From the NCBI GenBank assembly GCA_965220745.1, contig CBDCQT010000013.1, forward strand, positions 224,001-288,000: 64,000 bases of DNA. Reading direction: 5' to 3'. Both the position numbers and the translations under genes were made by a program. Source of the DNA: Alphaproteobacteria bacterium. GTDB taxonomy: Bacteria; Pseudomonadota; Alphaproteobacteria; UBA828. The notes below the pieces were generated by a model, which did not search any database, was not told the DNA's origin, and saw only the letters and a list, made by a program, of their open reading frames with translations. Positions 19,620 through 28,219 of this stretch are shown piece after piece. The stretch's first letter is position 1. Every line of letters begins with the position of its first letter.

Positions 19620-19658
19620 AGGCCGTGACAGTGGCGAGAAATCCGGGCTAGGCTGCCG
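19620..19658 (+). promoter_or_regulatory. 39-bp element, copy 2; putative sigma70-like promoter/operator
   Basis: 33/39 identical to 15484-15522. Contains GTGACA-N18-TAGGCT. Confidence 0.55.
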
Positions 19659-19758
19659 TATTGCCATGGCCGCCGCGCCGCCCGCGGGTCGCACCTCGGC
19701 AGCCGGGAAGCGACGGTGCGCGCGGCAGAAGGCGTGAAGCACGGCGCGAGGACTTCCC

Positions 19759-20817
19759 ATGCCGGCCAACCCACTCTCGGAAATTCCCCTGATCGACATC
19801 GGCCCCTATTTCGGGGGTAGCCGCGCCGACAGGAAGCGCGTCGCCGACGAAATCAGCCATGCCTGCGAGCGGATCGGCTTCTTCCTGGTTTCCGGCCACC
19901 AGGTGGACCCGGCGCTCATCGAAGGCGTGCAACGCGAGTCGAAGGCGTTCTTCGGTCTCCCGCTCGAGGAGAAGCTCGAAATCAAGCAGCGGAAGGAGGA
20001 AAAGGGAAGCCGGGGCTACGAGCCTGTTGGCACGGAGCAGCTCTCGGCGACGATCGGCGTGGAGACACCGCCCGACCTCAAGGAATCCCTCTCGATCGGA
20101 CCGCTGGCGGTGCCGGACCATCCCTCCTGCCACACCGAGGAAGCGCTACCCCTTTTCAGGTCCAACATGTGGCCCGAGAATCCGGCAACGCTTCGCCCTA
20201 CCTACGAGGCGTACATCAGGGCCCTGGACCGGCTAAGCGAGCACTTGCACCGGCTTGCGGCGATCGCGTTCGACCTGCCCGAGGATCACTTCGAGGACAA
20301 GATCGACCGGGGTTTCAGCATCCTCCGCGTGCTCAACTATCCGGATCAACGGGAGGAGCCCGAGGAGGGTCAGCTCCGCGCCGGAGAGCATTCGGACTAT
20401 GACAATCTGACCATCTGCCTGATCGAGGACAAGCCGGGCGGCCTGCAGGCGCGGAGCCCGAATGGTGCCTGGGTGGACGTGCCGTTCGTCGCCGGCTCGT
20501 TCGTGGTCAATATCGGCGATTTCCTGATGCGCTGGACCAACGACCGCTGGAAGTCCACGCGGCATCGTGTGGTCAACCCACCACTCGCCGCCGGGGAGCG
20601 CCTCTCCGCCTGCCACTTCATCATGCCGAACCACGATGCAGTGATTGAGTGCCTGCCGACCTGCCACGGGCCCGATCAGCCGGCGAAATACCCATCGATC
20701 CTCGCCGGTGACTACATGATCGAGAAATTCGAGAGCCAATCGTCCGGCGAAGAGTGGAGCGACGAGGACAGAGAGAAGTTCGGCACCGCGGATACGGAAT
20801 CGCGCTTCACCCATTGA
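19759..20817 (+). CDS. Isopenicillin N synthase-like 2OG-Fe(II) oxygenase (paralogue 1)
   Basis: DIOX_N-type start IPLIDI...ACERIGFF..GH, HSD, distal His STRHRV, and RLS 2OG motif. Confidence 0.9.
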   Translation: MPANPLSEIPLIDIGPYFGGSRADRKRVADEISHACERIGFFLVSGHQVDPALIEGVQRESKAFFGLPLEEKLEIKQRKEEKGSRGYEPVGTEQLSATIGVETPPDLKESLSIGPLAVPDHPSCHTEEALPLFRSNMWPENPATLRPTYEAYIRALDRLSEHLHRLAAIAFDLPEDHFEDKIDRGFSILRVLNYPDQREEPEEGQLRAGEHSDYDNLTICLIEDKPGGLQARSPNGAWVDVPFVAGSFVVNIGDFLMRWTNDRWKSTRHRVVNPPLAAGERLSACHFIMPNHDAVIECLPTCHGPDQPAKYPSILAGDYMIEKFESQSSGEEWSDEDREKFGTADTESRFTH

Positions 20818-20862
20818 CCATCGCTCAGCGCTCAAATCGGGCGCCGATCGACACTCTTGAGG

Positions 20863-21225
20863 CTACGCGTCGGCCGGCACCCAGGGCGGGAGCGGCGTGC
20901 CGCCACAGTAGTGGTTCTCAGCCGGGTTCTCGCGGAACACGACGTAGATGTCGGCGGCGTCGACGCCCATCGTATCGTTCAGAATTTCGGCGATGGCATC
21001 AACCAGCGCCTTCTTGCGTTCGGGCTCGCGGCCTGGCCTCAAGTCGATCTCGACCAGGGGCACGCCATCGCCGATCTCGGCGACCACCTCGCGCACGGCG
21101 ACGTAGTCGTACTTGGTCTGCTTGGGCGCGAGGGTCTTGAGCACCGCCGTCTTGACCGCGGTGCGGATGGTTTCCTGCATTCCTGCAGGCGTACCGGCGG
21201 GGACTTCGAGGCGAATGACGGGCAT
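20863..21225 (-). CDS. Tautomerase superfamily protein (two fused beta-alpha-beta units)
   Basis: N-terminal Met-Pro (catalytic Pro1), GREPERKKALVDAI, DIYVVFRE. Confidence 0.78.
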   Translation of the reverse strand: MPVIRLEVPAGTPAGMQETIRTAVKTAVLKTLAPKQTKYDYVAVREVVAEIGDGVPLVEIDLRPGREPERKKALVDAIAEILNDTMGVDAADIYVVFRENPAENHYCGGTPLPPWVPADA

Positions 21226-21278
21226 CGGCGGCGTCTCCTTTCAGATCGCGAACGGCATGTGGCAGGGCGCCCTGCGGG

Positions 21279-22172
21279 TCACGAATCGCCGGGCACCGTG
21301 CCCTGGGGCAGGCTTTCGACGTGGGCGCAGATGTCGCGCGGGCGGGTCAGCCAGATTCGGTCGCGCTGGGGCGCGATGTGCTCGAAGAAGCGGCGCAGGT
21401 GGCGTATGCGATAGGGCCGCCCCATCACGAAGGGATGGAGCGAGATCGGGAACACCAGGGGCTGCCCCTCACTCTGGGCCAGCATCTCGTCGAAGCCGTC
21501 GATCAGCATGTCCACGAACTCGCGCGCGGTGTGGCCGTACCAGACGACGCCGCGGGTATCGTTGCACTCGACCGGATAGGGCATCGCCAGGATGCGGCCG
21601 GCGCGGGTCGTCATCCAGATCGGTTGATCGTCGCAGGTCCAGTCCATGAAGTAGCGATAGCCCGCCTCCTGCAGCAGGTCGGGAGTGAGAGCGCTGTTGG
21701 AGAGCCAGGGGCTCATCCAGCCCGCTGGGCGGCCGCCTTCATGGCGTTCGATGGTCCGGGTGACCTCGGCAATCAGCGCGGCCTCGGCCGCCTCGTCGAG
21801 GTGCTCCTGCATGTTCGAGTTGGTGATGCCGTGGCCCAGGATCTCGTGACCGCGCTGCCTGAGCGCCTCCGGAATGTCAGGGCAGTGCTCGTAGATGCCG
21901 AGGTTCATCTGTGCTTCGATGGGGATGTCGAAGGTGTCGAACAGCTCGAGCATGCGCCAAATGCCGACCCGATTGCCGTAGTCGCGCCACGAATAGACGC
22001 TGTGGCTGTTGGCCTGGTCCGGCGGGGCGATAGCCGCGCCCTTGCCCTCGCCGAAGCTGAACTGCTCGATGTTGACCGCGACGTAGACGGCGAGACGCGT
22101 GCCGTTCGGCCAGTCGTAGACCGGGCGGCTGGTAATGCTGGAGTAGGGGTAGCGGCCGTGGGTGCGAATCAT
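21279..22172 (-). CDS. Polysaccharide deacetylase-fold protein, PuuE/allantoinase-like
   Basis: WPNGTRLAVYVAVNIE, WRDYGNRVGIWR, HEILGHG, GWMSP, DDQP, LHPFVMGRP.R. Confidence 0.87.
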   Translation of the reverse strand: MIRTHGRYPYSSITSRPVYDWPNGTRLAVYVAVNIEQFSFGEGKGAAIAPPDQANSHSVYSWRDYGNRVGIWRMLELFDTFDIPIEAQMNLGIYEHCPDIPEALRQRGHEILGHGITNSNMQEHLDEAAEAALIAEVTRTIERHEGGRPAGWMSPWLSNSALTPDLLQEAGYRYFMDWTCDDQPIWMTTRAGRILAMPYPVECNDTRGVVWYGHTAREFVDMLIDGFDEMLAQSEGQPLVFPISLHPFVMGRPYRIRHLRRFFEHIAPQRDRIWLTRPRDICAHVESLPQGTVPGDS

Positions 22173-22234
22173 GACGGCTTGCGTCCCGCCTGCCGCCGCA
22201 GATAATCCAGACTCATCTTGTCCTGCGCCGCAGC

Positions 22235-22564
22235 CTAGCCGACCGGATTGAAGTCGTGCTCGCCCACGCCCTGAACCAGGGTCACGCGGCAGATCTGGCC
22301 GTCCTTGCCGGAGACGCGGTGCGCGGTCATGGGCAGCACGACGCAGTGGTTGCCGGGTTCAAGCTCGTGGCGGGCGCGCGGCGCCCGGGTCTCGATCACC
22401 ACCGTGCCTTCGACGCCGACGAACACGTCGGTCACGATCGAGTGGTAATGCCACGGAACCTCCTCGCCCGCGCCGATGGTCATGACCTGGACGCGCATGC
22501 CATCGGCCTCGGCGACGATGTCGTGGTCGGTGATCGTATAGGGCAGGTCTTCGAGCGCCGTCAT
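22235..22564 (-). CDS. Cupin domain protein
   Basis: VPWHYHS..TD.F..VEG and P.TAH cupin motifs. Start at ATG 22564. Confidence 0.8.
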   Translation of the reverse strand: MTALEDLPYTITDHDIVAEADGMRVQVMTIGAGEEVPWHYHSIVTDVFVGVEGTVVIETRAPRARHELEPGNHCVVLPMTAHRVSGKDGQICRVTLVQGVGEHDFNPVG

Positions 22565-22703
22565 GACGTTTTCCGGTTCAGTCTTTGGCTGTGACCGACC
22601 AAGATAGCGCCTTCGGCCATGCCTGTGGATGGATTCGGGCGGTTTCTCCCGGATCGCGAGTCTCGCTAGCATGGGGCGCTGACGGTCTGGGAAGGGCGGT
22701 CGC

Positions 22704-23882
22704 ATGGCGCAGGACGCGCATCCCTGCTGGGCGGTTTACGATCTGGATCGGCTGCGCGCGAACCTCGCGGAGATTCGCCGCCGCATCGGGCCCGATCAGG
22801 CCTGCATCGCCGCACTCAAGGCCAACGCTTACGGACATGGAGCGGTGCCCGTGGCGCGGGCGCTCGATGGGGAAGGGCTGGCGGCGTTCATGACCGGCTC
22901 TTTCGACGAGGCCTGCCGGTTGCGTGCGGAAGAGCTGCGCACCCCGGTGGTCATGTTCGCGGGCGCGCTGCCGGCGGGGATGGCCGATCTCGTCGGCGCC
23001 GGGCTGGTGCCGACGGTGGTCGACCGGGCGAGCGCCGAAGCTGCGGCGCGCGCGGCGCCGGTTGGTGAGGCGGTTCCGGTCTACGTCAAGGTCAACGCCG
23101 GACTGGGGCGGCTGGGTGTGCCGCTCGAGGCGGCCGAAGTCTTTCTCGTCGAGCTGGCCGCCTTGCCGGGTCTCGACGTCCAAGGGCTCTACACGCACCT
23201 GCCGTTCGGCGACGCGCAGGGGCGCGACTGGGCCGATCAAAGGCTCGCCGCCGTCGATGGGCTGCTCGCGCGCCTCGCGGCGCGCGGTCTCGTGCCGCCG
23301 CTCACCCAAGCACGCGCAAGCGCCTGCGTCGCTGCCGGACTGTCCGATAAGGCCAATGCGGTTTGCGTCGGCCACCTGCTTTACGGCCTCTCGCCCTTCG
23401 CCGATGACTCGCTCGCGGACCTCTCGGCGTACCGGCCTCTCCTGGCCGAGATCGGGAGCCGGCTGATACAGGTCTCCGACCACCCGCAGGGCAGCGATAT
23501 CGCGATCGGCGGCAGCTACGGCATACGGCACGGCCGGCGCACCGGCGTCGCGCCGATCGGTGTCGCTCAAGGTTTGGTTCGACCCGTGCCGGGCAGCCGG
23601 CCGCAGGCGCTGGTACGGGGCAGTCGGGCGCCGATCCTCGCGGTATCGCTCGAACATCTGGTCTTGGATCTCACAGACACCGAGGCCGCTGCAGTCGGCG
23701 ATACGGTCCGGTTGCTCGGCGGCGAAGGCGACGCAGCGATCAGGCTGGACGAGCTCGCCGCGTGGTTCGGGGTGACGCCGCTCGATACGGTGATGGCGCT
23801 CTCCGGCCGACTGCCCGCGCACTACCGCGACGCAGCCGGCGGGGCGGCCGGATCGACTCCGCACCGAAGCGAGGCCCGATGA
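22704..23882 (+). CDS. Alanine racemase-fold (fold type III) PLP enzyme with a degenerate active site
   Basis: DLDRLRANL, ALKANAYGHG (PLP Lys), GLGRLG, GLYTH, G.LLYG. The GYG, GYADG and VRPG motifs are altered. Confidence 0.85.
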   Translation: MAQDAHPCWAVYDLDRLRANLAEIRRRIGPDQACIAALKANAYGHGAVPVARALDGEGLAAFMTGSFDEACRLRAEELRTPVVMFAGALPAGMADLVGAGLVPTVVDRASAEAAARAAPVGEAVPVYVKVNAGLGRLGVPLEAAEVFLVELAALPGLDVQGLYTHLPFGDAQGRDWADQRLAAVDGLLARLAARGLVPPLTQARASACVAAGLSDKANAVCVGHLLYGLSPFADDSLADLSAYRPLLAEIGSRLIQVSDHPQGSDIAIGGSYGIRHGRRTGVAPIGVAQGLVRPVPGSRPQALVRGSRAPILAVSLEHLVLDLTDTEAAAVGDTVRLLGGEGDAAIRLDELAAWFGVTPLDTVMALSGRLPAHYRDAAGGAAGSTPHRSEAR

Positions 23883-24664
23883 CGAGCCATTCCGATCTCC
23901 CTCGACTGAGCGAGGAGCAGTGCGCCCGCTACCGCGATGACGGCTTCGTGTTCCTGCCAGATCTCGTTTCCAGGGCGGACATCGACCGGGTGCGGGACGA
24001 GCTCGACGGGCTGTGCCGGCTCACCCGCGACGAGGTCATCCTGGAGAATGACGGCCGCACGGTGCGCTCGGTGATGAACCCGCATGCGTTCAGTAATCTG
24101 TTCGGGCGCTTCGTGCGGCATCCGGCGCTCCTCGGCCCGGTGCGTCAGCTTTTGGAGCGGGAGACCTACCTGTTCCAGTGCGTGATCAACATGAAACGCC
24201 CGTTCCATGGCGCGGTCTGGCAATGGCACCAGGATTTCCCGACCTATTTCCACGATGACGCGATGCCTGAGCCCCGCCTGGTCAACGCGCTGGTCTTCAT
24301 CGACGAGGTGCGCGAGTTCAACGGGCCCCTGATGCTCGTCCCCGCCAGCCACAGGGCACCGGCCTACGAGACCACCGTGGACGATACGACCACCAGCTAT
24401 CCGCTGCGGGCGGCGGATGAGGCGGTAGTAGGCAGGCTCGCGAGCGAACGGGGGATAGAAGCGCCGAAGGGCGGGCCGGGCTCGGTCATCTTCGCCCACA
24501 CCAACATTGTTCACGGCTCCGGGCCGAACATGTCGCCCTGGCCGCGCACGATGGCCTCGATCACCTACAATGCCATCGACAACAAACACGGCCGCTCGCG
24601 GCGCCCCGATTGGGTGGTGCGCCGTGACTTCGAGGTTCTTGAACCGATCACTTCGCCGATCTGA
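23879..24664 (+). CDS. PhyH-family 2OG-Fe(II) dioxygenase, proline-4-hydroxylase/EctD-like
   Basis: ENDGRTVR, WQWHQDF (HxD), NGPLMLVPASH, IVHGSGPNMSPWPR, TYN..DN. ATGA overlap with the upstream gene. Confidence 0.88.
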   Translation: MTSHSDLPRLSEEQCARYRDDGFVFLPDLVSRADIDRVRDELDGLCRLTRDEVILENDGRTVRSVMNPHAFSNLFGRFVRHPALLGPVRQLLERETYLFQCVINMKRPFHGAVWQWHQDFPTYFHDDAMPEPRLVNALVFIDEVREFNGPLMLVPASHRAPAYETTVDDTTTSYPLRAADEAVVGRLASERGIEAPKGGPGSVIFAHTNIVHGSGPNMSPWPRTMASITYNAIDNKHGRSRRPDWVVRRDFEVLEPITSPI

Positions 24665-24690
24665 GGAAGACGGTGGCGGCCACCCAGGTG

Positions 24691-25611
24691 TCAGGAAGGC
24701 AGAGCGTCGATGCAGGTGGGCATGGCCTCCTCCACTGAGACCGGGCGAATGCCCAGATCGTCCAGCGTCGACGCCTGGCTGTCGACGACATTGTCCCGCT
24801 TCATCAGAGTTACTTGATCGCGGGTGAGCGGCGGATTGGGGTGCGCTGCCATCGCGGCCGCCAGAATGTCCCACGCAGGGAAGGGGCACGGGACCATGAG
24901 CGCTCGTCCGGCCACCCGGTCGCGCACCAATCGCACCAACTCTTTGTACGCGTAGATCCTTGGCCCTCCGAGCTCGTACACCCTGCCTCGCGTGGAGGGA
25001 TCGGCCAGCACCCGTATGCAGGCTTCGGCGACGTTGCCGACGAACACGGGTTGCAGTCTGGTGCTCCCGGTTCCGAACAGGGGCATGATCGGCGATCGCT
25101 GCGTCATGCGCGCGAGTGTGTTGAGGAAGGAATCGCCCGGCCCGAATATCACGCTCGGGCGCAGGATCGTGACGTCGTCGAACGCGTCCTTGACGAGCGT
25201 TTCTCCGATCCCTCGGGCGCGAACGTAGGGTGAGGGCGATCCGGGATCGGCGCCCACTCCCGAGATGTGGACCAACCGCTCGGCCCCCGCCTGCTTCGCC
25301 TGTCGGGCCACATGTAGGGCCCCCTGGCCGTGGACCCTGTCGAATGTCGCGCCGCCCTTCTCGACATAGTGACCGACGGTATTGACGACCGAGGCTGATC
25401 CCTCCACGGCACGCGCGACCGTCGCCTCGTTCCAAACATCGGCCTGGATGAGCTCCATCCGGCCGTCCGCGCTAAACTCGGTGAGGAACGTTGCGCGGTC
25501 CGGGTGACGCACGACCACACGCACGCCGTATCCCGCCTCCGCCAAGCATTTGACGATCTGGCGGCCCAGAAATCCCGATCCCCCGAAGACCGTTACGGGT
25601 TTCGTCTCCAT
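24691..25611 (-). CDS. NAD(P)-binding SDR, complex I NDUFA9-like
   Basis: VTVFGGSGFLGR, ILRPSVIFGPGD, LQPVFVGNVA, YELGGP. Confidence 0.85.
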   Translation of the reverse strand: METKPVTVFGGSGFLGRQIVKCLAEAGYGVRVVVRHPDRATFLTEFSADGRMELIQADVWNEATVARAVEGSASVVNTVGHYVEKGGATFDRVHGQGALHVARQAKQAGAERLVHISGVGADPGSPSPYVRARGIGETLVKDAFDDVTILRPSVIFGPGDSFLNTLARMTQRSPIMPLFGTGSTRLQPVFVGNVAEACIRVLADPSTRGRVYELGGPRIYAYKELVRLVRDRVAGRALMVPCPFPAWDILAAAMAAHPNPPLTRDQVTLMKRDNVVDSQASTLDDLGIRPVSVEEAMPTCIDALPS

Positions 25612-25889
25612 CGGCTCGACGCAGTGTTCGTGTTCAGGAGATGGCGCATGAAGGGCCGCGTCGTCTCCCGTCGCAGCCTTGCGTGTGTCGCCACGGGACA
25701 AGGCTATGCCGCTGGCGGCGGGAATCGCAACCGGCGGTGCCCGCCTCGCTCCTGCCTCTCACGCCGCGTACGCCTCGTCCGTCTTGCCCAGGCCCGCCCG
25801 CGATGCTGCCATGACTCGGTGTGGCGTGTCGGTTAGCATCGCACCGACCCGCGCGGCGGATGGGCGCCGAGCGCGGAAGGGAGGGACCG

Positions 25890-27302
25890 ATGGAAGGGCA
25901 AGCCGCAACCAATCTGAGCCTCGAGCAAATGGATGTGGAGACGACGCTCCACGCCTTTACCCCGATCCACGAGCACGAGAAGTCCGGCCCGCACATCATC
26001 ACAAACGGCGACGGCATCTACGTCACCGACAACAAGGGCGACACCTATATCGACGCGATGGCCTCGCTCTTCTGCGTCAACGCGGGCTACGGGCGTAGCG
26101 AGATCGGCGAGGCGATTGCCGATCAGGCCCGGAGCTTCCCCTACTTCCACACCATGGCGGGGCACGCCAACGAGCAGCAAATCAGGCTGAGCGATCGGCT
26201 CATGGATATTCTGCCCGACAACATGAGCCGCATTCTCTACGCGAGCTCGGGCTCCGAGGCGAACGACGCCAACGTCAAGCTCGCCTGGATGTATCAGCGC
26301 TGCCGCGGCAAACCCGAGAAGCGCAAAATGATCGCGCGGAGCATGGGCTATCACGGCGTGACCGGGATCGCGACCAACCTCTCTGGCCTGCCGCTCATGC
26401 ACGAGGCCTTCGGGCTGCCGCTGCCGGGCTTCCTGCATACCGAGAAGGGTCACTACTTCTGGGAGGGCGAGGCCGGCGAAAGCGAACGGGATTTCTCCAA
26501 GCGCATGGCCGCCGCGCTGGGGGAGTTGATCATCCAGGAGGGGCCGGAGACCGTCTGCGCCTTCATCGCCGAGCCCGTGATGGGGGCCGCCGCCTGCGTC
26601 TCGCCGCCCGAGGGTTACTTCGAGGAGATCCAGGCGGTGCTCAAGCGCCACGACGTGCTCTTCATTGCCGACGAGGTGATTACCGGCTTCGGGCGCCTCG
26701 GCTCATGGTTCGCAACGGAGAAGTACGGGCTTGATCCCGATCTGATCACGCTCTCCAAGGGTATTACCAGCGCCTATGTGCCGCTCTCCGCCTCGGTGAT
26801 CTCGGACCGCGTCTGGGAGGTGCTGCACGAGGGCTCGAAAGACATCCCGATCTTCGCCCACGGGCACACGGCAAGCGCCCATCCGCTTGCTTGTGCGGCT
26901 GCCAACGCCAACCTCGCGTTGATGGAGCAGGAGGACATGGTGGCAAACGCCGCGTCCACCGGCGCCTACTTCAAGCAGCAGCTTGAGGAGCGCGTCGGCC
27001 CCCACCCGCTGATGGGCGAGATTCGCGGCGACGGTCTGATGCTTGCGATCGAGCTGGTGGCGAACAAAGAGACCAAGGAAGAGCTCAACCTGGAGTGGGA
27101 CTGCTCACACCGACTCTTCGATCTCTGCTTGGAGGAGAAGCTGATTACGCGGGGCTTCTTCGGCCACAACTCGACCTCGTTCGCGCCGCCGCTCAGCATC
27201 ACGCCGGCGCAAGTAGACGACGTGATCGACCGCTTCTCCCGCGGCCTCGACAAGCTGACGGCCGATCTCAAGTCGGAGTACGGCTTCAGCCCGGCGGGCT
27301 GA
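25890..27302 (+). CDS. Class III aminotransferase (omega-transaminase)
   Basis: SGSEAND, YHG, FIAEPVMG, DEVITGFGRLG, SKG (PLP Lys), HGHT..AHP. Confidence 0.92.
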   Translation: MEGQAATNLSLEQMDVETTLHAFTPIHEHEKSGPHIITNGDGIYVTDNKGDTYIDAMASLFCVNAGYGRSEIGEAIADQARSFPYFHTMAGHANEQQIRLSDRLMDILPDNMSRILYASSGSEANDANVKLAWMYQRCRGKPEKRKMIARSMGYHGVTGIATNLSGLPLMHEAFGLPLPGFLHTEKGHYFWEGEAGESERDFSKRMAAALGELIIQEGPETVCAFIAEPVMGAAACVSPPEGYFEEIQAVLKRHDVLFIADEVITGFGRLGSWFATEKYGLDPDLITLSKGITSAYVPLSASVISDRVWEVLHEGSKDIPIFAHGHTASAHPLACAAANANLALMEQEDMVANAASTGAYFKQQLEERVGPHPLMGEIRGDGLMLAIELVANKETKEELNLEWDCSHRLFDLCLEEKLITRGFFGHNSTSFAPPLSITPAQVDDVIDRFSRGLDKLTADLKSEYGFSPAG

Positions 27303-27370
27303 GGAATAGCCTTCGGACTTGTCACGACACCTCGCGCCGCCGCGAAGGCGGGCAGGCGCGGGTACCCTGC

Positions 27371-27399
27371 TTGTGCGACTATGGTGAAATCGCTATAAT
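27371..27399 (+). promoter_or_regulatory. Sigma70-like promoter of the toxin-antitoxin cassette
   Basis: TTGTGC-N17-TATAAT. GTG at 27406 would give a near-leaderless transcript. Confidence 0.6.
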
Positions 27400-27405
27400 G
27401 TGGGG

Positions 27406-27773
27406 GTGAAGGGTGACACGTTGAGGCCGGTCGAATGGGTCGCTTCGAGTAGGGCGGATTTGAAGGGTTTTCCGGAGGCCGTGCGAGCACGCGTGGCTTC
27501 GCGATCTACCAGGCCCAGACCGGTCTCCGTCACCGCGACGCGAAGTCGCTCAAAGGCTTCGGCTCTGGCGTTCTGGAGGTGGTCTCACGCTACGACGGTG
27601 ACACATTCAGGGCGGTCTATACGGTCCGTTTCGAGGCGGCGGTCTATGTCCTGCACGTCTTCCAGAAGAAGGCCAAGCGGAGCGTGACAACGCCGAAATG
27701 GGAGCTCGATGTGGTTCGGCAACGGTTACGGGCTGCCGAGCGACACTACCGAGACACACATGGCGGAGACTAG
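27406..27773 (+). pseudogene. RelE/HigB-like (Gp49/DUF891) toxin with a 1-nt frameshift near 27495
   Basis: Frame A gives RPVEWVASSRADLKGFPEAVRARV. Frame B continues GFAIYQAQTG..KSLKGFGSGVLEV...TFRAVY...VLHVFQKKAK. One extra G at 27495-27496 fuses the two. Confidence 0.82.
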
Positions 27774-27777
27774 AACC

Positions 27778-28116
27778 ATGGGCAACCCGGACCCGACGGT
27801 TGAGCGCGGCAGCGGCAATGTCTTTGCCGATCTGGGCCTCCCGGACGCCGATGCGCACTTGTTGAAGGCGGAACTCGTCAGCCGCATCGACGGAATCGTC
27901 CGGCAACGCGGCATCACTCAGACCGAGGCCGCACGGTTGCTCGGCCTATCTCAGCCCGACGTGTCGCGGCTGCTGCGCGGCGACTTTCGCGCATATTCGC
28001 TCGAGCGCCTGTTCCGCCTGCTGACCGCGCTCGGTCGCGACGTGGACATCGTCATCCGGCAACCGCGTTCAACCGGCGGCGGCAGGCTCCGAATCGCTGC
28101 CACCGAAATTAACTGA
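27778..28116 (+). CDS. XRE-family HTH antitoxin (HigA-like)
   Basis: GSGNVFADLGL, KAEL, TQTEAARLLGLSQPDVSRLLRG, SLERL...LGRDVDI. Confidence 0.88.
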   Translation: MGNPDPTVERGSGNVFADLGLPDADAHLLKAELVSRIDGIVRQRGITQTEAARLLGLSQPDVSRLLRGDFRAYSLERLFRLLTALGRDVDIVIRQPRSTGGGRLRIAATEIN

Positions 28117-28219
28117 CGGCACTATCTCGTCGCCGCCCGCGGAGTCACAGTGAGGCGGTACCACACCGAAGCGCTCGAGTACGGGCCCCGCGCTGCGCGG
28201 GCAAGAGGAGCGCCGGCCG

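Noticed and set aside
23879-24664. Calling the dioxygenase ectoine hydroxylase (ectD)
   Set aside because: It lacks the EctD signature WHSDFETWH (has WHQDFPTYF), and there are no ectABC genes in the window.
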